Virus record (IMG/VR): IMGVR_UViG_2681813233_000007
Direction: 5' to 3' (one strand)
DNA length: 64,000 bases
DNA from: a virus
Lineage: Duplodnaviria; Heunggongvirae; Uroviricota; Caudoviricetes
The notes beneath the pieces are model-generated. The model was given only the letters and a program-made list of their open reading frames with translations, had not been told where the DNA came from and did no database searches. The position numbers and the translations under genes were made by a program. Below, piece by piece: positions 48,055-57,853 of the stretch. Every line of letters begins with the position of its first letter. The first letter of the stretch is position 1.

Positions 48055-48633
48055 ATGCAGAAACAGAGCTACTGGGAGAAACAGAGACAAAAAGCCATGC
48101 AAAGATTGGCTGACCCGGCCTGGCGAGAGGAACAAAGGGCAAAGCGCCTTCAACAAGCTCAACGCCAGCAGCAGCGAGCGAGAGAAAAAGCCGCATCGCC
48201 TGAATATCGGCAAAAGAGAATTGAAAAAGCAAAGCAATATGACCAGCGGAGAAAAGAGAAAGCTGTATCCGCTCCGTCCAAAAAAACACGCACGTCACGC
48301 GGCCTGAAGGGCAGATCACTCACAGCCGATGAACGCCGGATACAGACCGCTATCGGTACTCTCCCCTGCATTGCCTGCCATATTCACGGGCAACATAGCC
48401 CAGTGGTATCCCTGCACCATATCTTCGGGAGAACGGCAGAGAACGCGCATAAATATGTCCTCCCTTTGTGTAAATGGCACCACCAGTACGCAGCGCCAGC
48501 CGAGGTCCGAGAACAATATCCCTGGCTGGTCCCTGTTCATGCTGATGGAAAAATAGGCGGAAAAGCAGATTTCATACGGCACAATGCCGATGAAATGGCG
48601 TTGTATCAGATGGCAATTGAATTGATAAATTAG
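48055..48633 (+). CDS. ref: Ref recombination enhancement function (HNH endonuclease)
   Basis: 192 aa; C-terminal half near-identical to P1 Ref as I recall it (LPCIAC..H...VSLHHI.GRTA...PLC.WHHQ.AAPAEVRE.YPWLVPVHADG). Confidence 0.85.
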   Translation: MQKQSYWEKQRQKAMQRLADPAWREEQRAKRLQQAQRQQQRAREKAASPEYRQKRIEKAKQYDQRRKEKAVSAPSKKTRTSRGLKGRSLTADERRIQTAIGTLPCIACHIHGQHSPVVSLHHIFGRTAENAHKYVLPLCKWHHQYAAPAEVREQYPWLVPVHADGKIGGKADFIRHNADEMALYQMAIELIN

Positions 48634-48644
48634 TTTTCTAACAT
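48627..48644 (-). promoter_or_regulatory. Operator-like motif ATGTTAGAAAACTAATTT
   Basis: Identical 18-mer to 20784-20801; downstream of ref, upstream of the second icd-ant leader. Confidence 0.5.
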
Positions 48645-48965
48645 TTTAAGTTGAATTGGAAATTTCTCCGATGTACATTCACTACCGATTGGCACACCGG
48701 TCAACTTTTTGAGACAAACTGTTTAGTTTTTCGTATTATTGCCGCCGCCATACCTATGGCGGTGCAATATAGGTGGCTGAAAAGCCCCCGTTGACTCACG
48801 GTGTTCCAGCCTTTATTGCGCCGCCACCAGACCGTGGAACAGTCGATGGCGGCTCCGAAAGCAAGGAGTCACTACACTATGAACAACTACAGTCTTTTCC
48901 CATCACTCGTCGTCCACCACTCACGCGATAATCTGCATTCTTTACTCGCGCTGGGGGTGTCAAAA

Positions 48966-49133
48966 TGACTGTTCGCTACCTCAACTTTCAAATCAAGAAC
49001 ATTACTGGCGGTTGCTATGACTGGTTTGTCACTCTCGGAAAAGAAGTGATCACCGGGAAGCTGGATGAAGTGAAAGCTAAAGCAATGGCCTACGCCTGCA
49101 AGCAAGCCCGGAAAAAATCCGCCAAAGCATAAA
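48966..49133 (+). CDS. Small basic protein (55 aa, hypothetical)
   Basis: ATG with upstream GGGGGTG; below the ORF-track cutoff; 100 bp upstream of a terminator. Confidence 0.3.
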
Positions 49134-49237
49134 ATACTGACTGTTGCGCCCTGGCATTATCGTGGGGTATATTTCTACGGCACCTTAGAAAAACGGGTGC
49201 CGGGATTGGAACCCCGGATAATGTCAAAGGCGACACA

Positions 49238-49259
49238 GACGCCGAAAGCGTCTTTTTTT
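49238..49259 (+). terminator. Rho-independent terminator
   Basis: GACGC-cgaaa-GCGTC followed by TTTTTTT. Confidence 0.7.
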
Positions 49260-49444
49260 GTGTCATGCCATCGCACAGCCATACGTAGCGTTTAGCTCAG
49301 AGATCAATGGTAGTGCTGGCTGGGCTGCCGAAAGGCAGGCCGGTTCCCTTTGACGCCGGTAGTTCCAACCCAGTCAGTGCTACCGCCATTGAGATTGGAA
49401 CCTCACGCGGTAGCTCCTTAACTTAGTCAAAGGAGGCTGCCAAT

Positions 49445-49660
49445 ATGGCTACTATCCCCACCCCAACTCATTCTGAATTTATCTGGCGTTTCTATTCCTG
49501 CCAAAAACACCTCTATATCTGCGTCATGGCTGCTACCGAAGCAGAAGCGCGCTCATGCATTCCCGAAGAACCCTGCATTTTTGCTGCTCGCTTCACTCTT
49601 GATGCGATGGAGATCCTCAATTACTGGAATCTGCCGATGAACTGCGTGGAGGTGCACTGA
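49445..49660 (+). CDS. Icd-like small protein (copy 2)
   Basis: 71 aa; EFIWRFYSCQKH motif; paralog of 10201..10425. Confidence 0.5.
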   Translation: MATIPTPTHSEFIWRFYSCQKHLYICVMAATEAEARSCIPEEPCIFAARFTLDAMEILNYWNLPMNCVEVH

Positions 49661-50601
49661 TGAATCTGTCCATCTCTCAAAAAGCGACAATGACCAGTAT
49701 TGAGATCGCGGAACTGGTAGGTAAGCGTCATGATAATGTGAAGCGTACCATTGAAGTATTAACTAAAGGTGGTGTCATTCAATTTCCTCAAATTGAGGAA
49801 ATTGAAAATAAACAATCAGTTGGCCCTCGTCGATTTTCCAAGGCTTACATCTTTGAAGGCGAACAAGGCAAGCGTGACAGTATCATTGTCGTCGCACAGC
49901 TTTCTCCCGAATTTACCGCCCGGCTGGTGGACCGCTGGCGCGAACTGGAGAATGCCCGGGTACAGTTAAAATCAAAAGCCGAAATCCTAGCTGAAATGGC
50001 GCAAATGCATCTTGAGCATGAACGCCGGATCAACGCCGTTAATGCCCAGGTAGCCGAAGTATCGGCACAAGTGTCCAAAGTCGCTGAAACCGTCGAGCAA
50101 ATCAAGAAAGGCAATATGCCGGAAGGCTACATTGGCTACCGCCAGCTGGCGGCGAAATGCGGCCTGACTGAAGCCAAATGTCGCAACCTTGTCAACGCTT
50201 ACCGGATTCCCACCGATACACATGAGTTTTTGACCCCCGATGGCTTGCTTGCGCGACGCTCCATTGTGGCCCTGGCCCCCTTCCGGAAAGCCTTTAAGCA
50301 GGTGATGTCGGAGGCAGAACCACGCAATAAACGCTGGTATCATCCAAAGATGGGGATGTTTCAGGCAATCCACCATCCTGTGCCTGAAAGTCCAAAGGCA
50401 AACCTGTCGTTGCATACCGCCAGAGAGAGGATTAAAACAGGGTATGCAATCGTATGCCGTCGAGCATCTTGGCCTGAAGGTGTATGGGTATGGCCCGAAG
50501 GTGGATCACGAAAGCACTGGCGCACTATCCGGGATGGGAAAATCCATGCGATTGATTTAGCTCCAGAGGATGTTGTTGCTACGGACTGGATTGTTAGTTA
50601 A
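49660..50601 (+). CDS. Antirepressor-like protein (Ant/KilA-type), copy 2
   Basis: 313 aa; N-terminal and central blocks shared with copy 1, including near-identical nucleotide stretches. Confidence 0.55.
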   Translation: MNLSISQKATMTSIEIAELVGKRHDNVKRTIEVLTKGGVIQFPQIEEIENKQSVGPRRFSKAYIFEGEQGKRDSIIVVAQLSPEFTARLVDRWRELENARVQLKSKAEILAEMAQMHLEHERRINAVNAQVAEVSAQVSKVAETVEQIKKGNMPEGYIGYRQLAAKCGLTEAKCRNLVNAYRIPTDTHEFLTPDGLLARRSIVALAPFRKAFKQVMSEAEPRNKRWYHPKMGMFQAIHHPVPESPKANLSLHTARERIKTGYAIVCRRASWPEGVWVWPEGGSRKHWRTIRDGKIHAIDLAPEDVVATDWIVS

Positions 50602-50609
50602 TTACTGTT

Positions 50610-50628
50610 GCCCCGGCCTGTCCGGGGC
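50610..50628 (+). terminator. Hairpin GCCCCGGCC-TGT-CCGGGGC (terminator-like)
   Basis: Same stem as the hairpin after ant copy 1; weaker T-run. Confidence 0.45.
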
Positions 50629-51081
50629 TTTAACTACTAAATAACCGGATTCTCCGCACGATGAAGAAAATAGATTTCACTTACTCTGCTGCCACAATCC
50701 AGCGACGTTTCAGTCTCATAAGGGAAGTGGAACTATCAAAAAACTGGTATCAAATTCTACTGGATGAAGAGTTTTCACTGATGGTTATAGCATAAAAATT
50801 GGCTATGCCGAATGACCGGCACAAGGTCATAGCCAGCCTGGATCTGGTGACAAACAGATACTGGGAATCCGAGGAACTACTTGAAGTTGGCTTGATACGC
50901 GAGATGATAGAACAGGCTGTTCCCCTCCACTTACAGCAACCATAATTGAAAGGTCTTAACGATAGTCTGCCACGAATAGTTACTTTCACTGCCTAAAGTT
51001 ATTTAATTGCATTACAAAGTGTAAATTAGTAACATTAGAATCTCACACAGCACTATAACTATATGTTTTTTATGTAAAAGG

Positions 51082-51441
51082 ATGATAATCGTGGCTACTA
51101 AAATTAAACTTGAAAACCCTCAAACTGGCGAATCAATCACCGGTTTTTATGGTTTTTCCTGGACTACATTCTTGTTTGGTGCTTTTCCAGCTTTGTTCAG
51201 GAAAGACTTTATAACTTTTATTGGGGTATTCGTAGTGATGCTGATACTGGCATTCCTCACAGCCGGAATTGGCCCGTGGATTGCCTCATTTATCTGGGCG
51301 TTCATGTATAATAAATATTTCACCGTAAATAAGATAAAACAAGGCTTCATTTTTGCTGGTTCTCACACAGAAAATGAGTTGGCTGCTAGCAAGCTAGGAT
51401 TGTCATTAAATCAAAACAACTGCAAAACTATTACCGAGTAA
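51082..51441 (+). CDS. Small integral membrane protein (DUF2628-like)
   Basis: NPQTGE...GFSWTTFLFGAF...LFRK pattern with two TM helices; start may be the GTG near 51091. Confidence 0.4.
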   Translation: MIIVATKIKLENPQTGESITGFYGFSWTTFLFGAFPALFRKDFITFIGVFVVMLILAFLTAGIGPWIASFIWAFMYNKYFTVNKIKQGFIFAGSHTENELAASKLGLSLNQNNCKTITE

Positions 51442-51481
51442 TAGCCAAAAAGCAGGCTTAATAGTAAGCCTGCTATGTCAA

Positions 51482-52366
51482 TCACGAATCTCTCTGACAA
51501 TTCAGAAACATAAACGCCCGCTTGTCTGTTAAATCCGTAACATAATACTCTCTCATGCCTGTAGGTTTTATTCTACGAGCATATACAAACTTATGAACTG
51601 GTTGTTTTTCCCCATAACTTACATCAGTCCTAAATTCATCAACCACGCTACCATCTTTTTCGACTTCCTTCCTCACCAGCTTATTTTCTAATGCTGGCTT
51701 TAATTCGTCCATGCCACTAAAAGCATCCTGGCCTGTACTATTGCCTCGATTTCCGCGCGGCAAATCCCAGGAGAAATAAGTGCCATAGTCAGTAATCACA
51801 CGATCCCAGACTCCGGTATCCCCCATATAGTTAGAGCGCTTTCCATTGTAGGTTACAGCCACTTTACAGGAGTACGTTTCTTCATTCCCTCCAGCCTTAG
51901 TCGCTGTGGTTGCAGGGATATTTTGGATAGATGCGCTTACGTCATCTTGCGTTAATTCCTCAACTGGAGCAAATTCATATATGGGTGTGCCGAGGCTATT
52001 TAAATATAACTTATATCTAACCCTAAGCGCACTTCCATCTGAGAATTCATACGTTCCCAGGCATTGGAGCTTATTTTTTTCTCTTATCTCATTGATCTGA
52101 TTATAAGCATCAATTACAGAGATTGCTTCCTGATCGTCCTTCAGCAGTTCATTATAATCATCAATTAACATCTGTCTGGTTTTAGGGGCATTGCAGTCAA
52201 TTTTGCTAAAATCATAAGCAAAGGCAAATGTGGGAACAGAGAGAGCAACAACAGTAGCAAGTATTGTTGAGGAACATCTTTTTCCATTTTTTATAAAAAA
52301 CATTTCATTAACTCCATACTTTACCATCTTAGCCGCGAGCGCGGTCCCTAAAACCATTAACTTCAC
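51482..52366 (-). CDS. Secreted/periplasmic protein (hypothetical), low-GC
   Basis: Signal-peptide-like N-terminus; AT-rich coding sequence; start uncertain. Confidence 0.45.
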   Translation of the reverse strand: MKLMVLGTALAAKMVKYGVNEMFFIKNGKRCSSTILATVVALSVPTFAFAYDFSKIDCNAPKTRQMLIDDYNELLKDDQEAISVIDAYNQINEIREKNKLQCLGTYEFSDGSALRVRYKLYLNSLGTPIYEFAPVEELTQDDVSASIQNIPATTATKAGGNEETYSCKVAVTYNGKRSNYMGDTGVWDRVITDYGTYFSWDLPRGNRGNSTGQDAFSGMDELKPALENKLVRKEVEKDGSVVDEFRTDVSYGEKQPVHKFVYARRIKPTGMREYYVTDLTDKRAFMFLNCQRDS

Positions 52367-52649
52367 TGCACCGTTCCTTCATGCAATCAAAATGACTTTT
52401 ATGTTATAAAAATAATCAGCCAAATCAACATGATTTAGGCCAAATTTCTGTCAAAAAATAAAATCCACAAAAAGTGGTTGACACTATTTTGGAAATCACA
52501 AACTGCACATAATCCATCGCGCTAACGGCTCCCGTTGAAGGTTCTTTTGACGATTAACTTTCAGCCGAAGCGCGGTAGGGAGTCATAACGCCAAAGCAGG
52601 CCGCCATGTGCGGCCTTTTTTTGTATCCGTCATCCGTGGAGGAAGGACA

Positions 52650-53303
52650 ATGGAAAAGATCGCAATATTCAGCCTGACCACCAGCAAGCCTCAAATGCTC
52701 ACTGCAATACTGAAAGACGGTGCTCTCATTATTAACGAAGTAAAACCCCTTCCCGCGTCAGCATTGGAGCAAAAGCAAAAAATTCCTCCAGCTATAGCAG
52801 CCCTGCGGAAAAGCAAATTTAAGGTACTGGTAGACGAAATTACGCCAACGATCTCCGCTGGCACCGGAGCAAGCCAGGTGACTCTCAAGACCCGTCATGC
52901 CGATGGCAGAGCAGCAATCATCGTCGGGATGGAGAGATACAGAGAGTTAAAACTCCAGAAGCTATTATCCCTGCCGCAAAATAACAAAGGTGCTTTCGAA
53001 ATCCCCGACTCCATCGTTGACACCGAATACAACGGTAACGGAGAAGAAGTCTACCGGGTGAACTGGCAGGATATCAGGCCGGAACATATTCTGATGATCC
53101 TGTGTTGCTACGCGACCGTATACCACAACGTTGCCAGTGCAGATTACGTAGAGCAGATGACCGGTACAGTCGAGAAAGAGCAAAAAACAGGCATACTCGC
53201 TTCGTTCCTTTCCATTATTGGGCATGAAAAAGTTAAAGCAGGCACCTCCCAGCCAAAGTCACTGGCCGGGAAAGAAGTTGATGAAGATACCGTGATACTT
53301 TGA
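52650..53303 (+). CDS. Hypothetical protein
   Basis: ORF-track 52608..53303 trimmed to MEKIAIF; no recognised domain. Confidence 0.4.
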   Translation: MEKIAIFSLTTSKPQMLTAILKDGALIINEVKPLPASALEQKQKIPPAIAALRKSKFKVLVDEITPTISAGTGASQVTLKTRHADGRAAIIVGMERYRELKLQKLLSLPQNNKGAFEIPDSIVDTEYNGNGEEVYRVNWQDIRPEHILMILCCYATVYHNVASADYVEQMTGTVEKEQKTGILASFLSIIGHEKVKAGTSQPKSLAGKEVDEDTVIL

Positions 53304-53631
53304 TCACATTAGTAGCTTTGTTAACTCCCTCAATACCAGGTAGAAGAGTAACAAAAATATTGACGCAAGTATTTGCGTGGTCAATGAGGCGTTCATAAAC
53401 AGATCAATAAGCTTTAACAATTCTAGAATAACATCCATGTCATTCACTCCGTTTAATTTTTAATCTAATGCCAGCAAATGAAGCTGGCCCCCGCATAAAG
53501 ATTAATGAAAGTCACTTGTCACCAGTGAGGGGATTTATGAACCACATCCCCCTGAACTGGTGGCCTGTCTGTTTCTCGCATTTCACACCCTGCATACAGT
53601 TTCCCCCAGGTTATGACTGAGAGGCTTTGTT

Positions 53632-53961
53632 ATGGGCTATAGCAGACTCGACGATAGGTACATTGAAGACGATATTTTTCGTGCGCTGTTTCACCAGGAA
53701 ATGATTAAGCGGGTATCGGAGTATCACTCTGATAATTTCCAGTACACGATAAAGATTGATGAAGTATATCGTTCAGACCTTGCAGCCTACAGGGCGTATG
53801 GCAATGCAGATTTGCGCTGGGTATTCCGGGTGCTGGTGGGCCATGAGTCAGAAATGGAAGAAATGCCCGCAGGGACCACGTTAACTCTTCCTGATGTGGC
53901 ATGGCTGAGGAACAAGATCCGTGATTACGCAAGCGCGAAACCGGAGATAGAAAATGCCTGA
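53632..53961 (+). CDS. Hypothetical protein
   Basis: 109 aa; stop overlaps the start of the next ORF. Confidence 0.4.
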   Translation: MGYSRLDDRYIEDDIFRALFHQEMIKRVSEYHSDNFQYTIKIDEVYRSDLAAYRAYGNADLRWVFRVLVGHESEMEEMPAGTTLTLPDVAWLRNKIRDYASAKPEIENA

Positions 53962-55147
53962 TTTCCTGAAAAACCAGGACGGGCGCTATATCACTGACGG
54001 CCTGTCCTCTAAGGACTTCACGCGTTTATTCGACCTTATCAGGAAAGAACAAACCCGTAAGCGCCGACAAGCTCACCGGACGCTGACGCCAGGTAGACTG
54101 AGGAACAAATCCGCCGAAGATATTCTCAAGTTAGGGAAGAAAAAAGGCGGCACGTTCTTCACGCGAGACGACCTGAAAGGTTTCGAAAAGCTACGGAGTA
54201 AAACGCGCGAAAAATATGACAGCAAGACGGCTGGCATCACATACGCCCAGCTGGTGGCATCCAGCCAGGCAATCGATATTAAGCGTGCAAATAACGCCGT
54301 GGATGACGGATCTGGTATCAAAAGAGCTACACCCGTATCTCTTCGCCACAATGTGATTAATATCCGCGTAGAAGCATCGGATATATCCGTCCACCAGCAC
54401 CATATCGTCCGGATACGCTTTGAAGAATGGGATCAGATGGTTGATGACATCGCAGAAGACGATAAATCAGCTCTCAAAATCACTAAATCACTGTGCGCCG
54501 GGCGAGTGTCTTTCGATTGTGACTGTGGTCGTCATCAATACTGGTATCGTTACATCGCCACTGCGGGTAACTTTGCCCTGGCACCGCCAAAAGAATACGC
54601 CTATCCAAAAGTTCGCAACCCGAAGCTGCAAGGCGTCGCCTGTAAACACGTGATCCACTCAATGACGCGGTTACAGTCCGCCAGTTGGCAAATGAGTATT
54701 GCTCGTGCGCTACAAAAGGCTGCAACGCAAATTGCATTTGGTGACGATCGCCGCCGTACAACTAAACACTTCTCAAAAGAAGACGAGAAGGAGTTTAATC
54801 GCAATCGTAGCAGTAAAACGAACGTTGAAGCCGCCAAACGCGAATGGAGGCTCTATCAGAAGCGCCAGGCAGCTTTAAGTACAAAACTGGCAAAGGACAA
54901 CGGCAAGATCGACAAACTACGTGACCAATTGACCAAGGCCAGAAAGTTGTCAGATGCACAGAAAAAACGGGCGGCAGCAAAAGAAGCGGCCTTGCAACGT
55001 GAGAAACAGAAAAACAAGGAGCTTCAGCAACGCCTTGCCGATCAGTTCGCACTGAAGAAGCAGGCGTTCATTGATGCGCTTGTCATGGCTGGAACACCAC
55101 CAGCACAAGCTGAAAAAATGTTCATGGAGTATGTAAAAAAAGCATAA
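53954..55147 (+). CDS. Hypothetical protein with SWIM-like zinc-finger pattern and basic coiled-coil C-terminus
   Basis: 397 aa; FDCDCGRH...VACKH (CxC...CxH); Lys/Ala/Gln-rich C-terminal 100 aa. Confidence 0.45.
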   Translation: MPDFLKNQDGRYITDGLSSKDFTRLFDLIRKEQTRKRRQAHRTLTPGRLRNKSAEDILKLGKKKGGTFFTRDDLKGFEKLRSKTREKYDSKTAGITYAQLVASSQAIDIKRANNAVDDGSGIKRATPVSLRHNVINIRVEASDISVHQHHIVRIRFEEWDQMVDDIAEDDKSALKITKSLCAGRVSFDCDCGRHQYWYRYIATAGNFALAPPKEYAYPKVRNPKLQGVACKHVIHSMTRLQSASWQMSIARALQKAATQIAFGDDRRRTTKHFSKEDEKEFNRNRSSKTNVEAAKREWRLYQKRQAALSTKLAKDNGKIDKLRDQLTKARKLSDAQKKRAAAKEAALQREKQKNKELQQRLADQFALKKQAFIDALVMAGTPPAQAEKMFMEYVKKA

Positions 55148-55180
55148 ACCACACATAGCCTAGTAGTTTATGCTGGGCTT

Positions 55181-55909
55181 TCATTTTTTTGAAAGATCAA
55201 CTCCAGTATTATCAAACAAACTGGAAATATCAGACACCAATTTATTAAAATGCTTGTCATCATTATAGAATGATGTGCTTTTTATAGCGACTATAAAATC
55301 ACATAAATCTTGCGGAGATTCAATGCTAACCCCCTTATTTTTATATAGTTCAATAATACTGCCAACATCAGTATGCAATAGTTTTATCGCGCCACAAATT
55401 TCTCGCTGTTTCGTAACCAAGTCATTAAGTTTATTTTCATTTTCATCTAAGATTTGTTTTGAATATTTAGCGTCATTGGTTGCTTGATTTAACTTTGTTT
55501 TCTTTCTTTGCAATTCTATTCTTTTATCATAATCAGCAACTTCATCTAAATATCTTATTTCAGTGTATAATTTACTTGTTAGCTTAGATATCGTCAGTGT
55601 GAGAATAGGAGCTAATACAGATGCAAATACTCCATAAATAAATGGGATTACAACGTGACAAACCCACGGGGGTACAATCCAATTATCAAAGAACGGTACA
55701 TTACCACCAACAAAAACAATAGATAATGTATATAGGATGTCGTCCTTTGACTTTAATATAATTAAAATATCCTTCCAGTTAAGGATTAGAAAAGAAATGA
55801 CAACATATGCAAAAACCTTGTTAAATATTTTATCTTTTATTATTTCAGAAAATGATTTTAGTTCTGTTTCATTTATAGACGAATTATCTTTAACTTTTTC
55901 TGACATCAT
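55181..55909 (-). CDS. Membrane protein with cytoplasmic coiled coil; candidate exclusion/abortive-infection effector
   Basis: 242 aa; 2-3 N-terminal TM helices then coiled coil; very AT-rich gene; last gene of the higB-higA-orf66 leftward string. Confidence 0.5.
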   Translation of the reverse strand: MMSEKVKDNSSINETELKSFSEIIKDKIFNKVFAYVVISFLILNWKDILIILKSKDDILYTLSIVFVGGNVPFFDNWIVPPWVCHVVIPFIYGVFASVLAPILTLTISKLTSKLYTEIRYLDEVADYDKRIELQRKKTKLNQATNDAKYSKQILDENENKLNDLVTKQREICGAIKLLHTDVGSIIELYKNKGVSIESPQDLCDFIVAIKSTSFYNDDKHFNKLVSDISSLFDNTGVDLSKK

Positions 55910-55930
55910 AGCTTATCCTGATTACTTTTA

Positions 55931-56131
55931 TTATGGATAGTTAAAAGATTCAACAGGTGATGGTGGCTGAATTGGGTAATGTTTCTTCTCGTACTCCTCA
56001 ATGAGAAGACTCATAACCTCAAAGAAATCACCTTCCGGAGTATTCATTTCCGGTTCGTTATCGAACATCGGTTCGACCGCACGCAGTGCGGCCTCATAAT
56101 CTTGTTCTGTACGGATAGGTTTAATGTTCAT
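55931..56131 (-). CDS. Orphan antitoxin-like small acidic protein
   Basis: 66 aa; MNIKPIRTEQDYEAALRAVEPMFD resembles the N-terminal segment of HTH-XRE antitoxins but has no HTH. Confidence 0.4.
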   Translation of the reverse strand: MNIKPIRTEQDYEAALRAVEPMFDNEPEMNTPEGDFFEVMSLLIEEYEKKHYPIQPPSPVESFNYP

Positions 56132-56187
56132 TAATTACAAAGGAAAGCCCACTTGCTAAGTGGGCTTTTTGTATGTGTTTTACTATA

Positions 56188-56526
56188 TCAGGCTGCTTTT
56201 TTATTCAGGTTCCGCTGAGAAATAAATTTTTCAGCAGTATTGATACGACTTAACTCTTCCTGAACGCGCATATCATTTTCGACTTCCCACAGATCTACTG
56301 CGGTCTGAAGATTAATCCAAAAATCTACAGAAGTATCGAATGCTTTTGCCAGGCGATATGCCATATCCATCGTTAGCTTACGATTATTATTAACAAGAGC
56401 ACTTACGGTGTTACGATGAACATGAAGTATTTCTGCTAACTCGTTGATCTTCAGCTCTAACGGCTCCAGGTATTCGTACAGCAGGATATCACCTACGGTC
56501 GTCGGTTTTCTGGTTGCCTGTTTCAT
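56188..56526 (-). CDS. higA: HigA antitoxin (HTH-XRE)
   Basis: VGDILLYEYLEPLELKINELAEILHVHRNTVSALVNN HTH motif; downstream of higB. Confidence 0.85.
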   Translation of the reverse strand: MKQATRKPTTVGDILLYEYLEPLELKINELAEILHVHRNTVSALVNNNRKLTMDMAYRLAKAFDTSVDFWINLQTAVDLWEVENDMRVQEELSRINTAEKFISQRNLNKKAA

Positions 56527-56596
56527 TTTTTGCCCTTACTAGCGTGCGTATTAAGTGGACTCTGGTCAGAACCCGGTCCGTAACCGGGTATCTGTT

Positions 56597-56899
56597 TTAG
56601 TATTTGTGAGGGTCGAGATACAAGTCCTCGGCCTTTCCGTTAACCCACTTAAAAATTAACCTATATTGCTTATTCACCCTTACTGATGAATAGCCATTTA
56701 GCTTCCCTGACAGTTCCTCATACCGATTACCTGGTGGTGATCTTAAATCCTTACAGGTAGTTGCGGCATTGATAATGTCCAACTTCCGTGACAATGTCAT
56801 ATGAATATCAGGAGGTATCTTTCTATGTGGTGTTGAAAATTCAAAAAAATCATCAAGCCACGCATCCCTGAAATCCTTTATGTTAATTTTTTTGGTCAT
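56597..56899 (-). CDS. higB: HigB toxin (RelE/ParE-fold killer protein)
   Basis: 100 aa; ...PPGNRYEELSGKLNGYSSVRVNKQYRLIFKW... typical of the HigB family; toxin-first order. Confidence 0.85.
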   Translation of the reverse strand: MTKKINIKDFRDAWLDDFFEFSTPHRKIPPDIHMTLSRKLDIINAATTCKDLRSPPGNRYEELSGKLNGYSSVRVNKQYRLIFKWVNGKAEDLYLDPHKY

Positions 56900-57049
56900 T
56901 AGTCATTTGATCCTCCGTGATGATTACCGAATGCCATAACTATAGCGCACCGTTGCACTGTGCGCAAGTGCATTTTATGAATTCCCCCTCCTTCATCCAA
57001 AATCACAATCTCCCGAAAATCTTCCTTTCGATACCTGACAGATCGACCT

Positions 57050-57853
57050 TTGAGGATGCTTATGGGCCGTTTTGACGAATGGTTTGCTGACGATGCAAAC
57101 CTGGCAAGTAAGGAGTCAGAACATGACAGCACGCAGAGAGAAACGCCAGCGCCGATTGAAGCGAATGCAGGAGGCGCGCCGGAACATGGCAATACCGGTT
57201 CGGATTCATTCAGCATTCTGGAAGAGCAACCCGCCGCCAAAGCTGATAGCCATGATAATTTTGCTGATAGCAACGGTGGCCTTACTCCGGATGCTGGCGA
57301 ATCAGATATAGCCATACTTCCATCTTCCCTGGCTGGCAGAGAACCGACTCCACAGTTAAAAGCACGCTATAACGGGCATAAAGCCTTTAACGACCAAATC
57401 CGCGCAGACTGGATGCTGATTATTGAATCCAGCCCAGACGCGTTTCAGGCTCTCTTATATCGACCAGATGTTGGCACATATGGGGTAGTCAGCGACGAAA
57501 CAGGAGAAGAGTCATTCACTGAACTGGATAACAACCAACGCGAACTGACTTACCAGGAACCTGAAATCGTTTATGTGCTGGATAACCCTGACGGGCGTGA
57601 CTCTTTCCATGCGATTGACGCAGACGGTGAGCAGGATGGCTTAACCGATGATGTTCTGATTCTGCGTATTGCAGCAAATAACGTCCCCGTCGGCTCAATT
57701 CTTGAATGGAATGAAGAGATGGTAAACGGCGTAGCGCGCCGCTGGTGGTACGTGCACCGTATTTTTAGCTACGGCACACAGCATGTTGGTTCGCTTTACT
57801 ACTGCATACCTGCCAGGAATTTTGATACGACTCAAAACGGAGTGATCGAATGA
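57050..57853 (+). CDS. Hypothetical virion-morphogenesis protein
   Basis: 267 aa; first of four translationally coupled ORFs ending in a spike-like protein. Confidence 0.4.
   Translation: MRMLMGRFDEWFADDANLASKESEHDSTQRETPAPIEANAGGAPEHGNTGSDSFSILEEQPAAKADSHDNFADSNGGLTPDAGESDIAILPSSLAGREPTPQLKARYNGHKAFNDQIRADWMLIIESSPDAFQALLYRPDVGTYGVVSDETGEESFTELDNNQRELTYQEPEIVYVLDNPDGRDSFHAIDADGEQDGLTDDVLILRIAANNVPVGSILEWNEEMVNGVARRWWYVHRIFSYGTQHVGSLYYCIPARNFDTTQNGVIE

Noticed and set aside
56899-57315. Minus-strand 138-aa ORF upstream of the morphogenesis operon
   Set aside because: It overlaps the start of the plus-strand 57050 gene in the presumed promoter region and is low-complexity Ser/Ala-rich; more likely non-coding.
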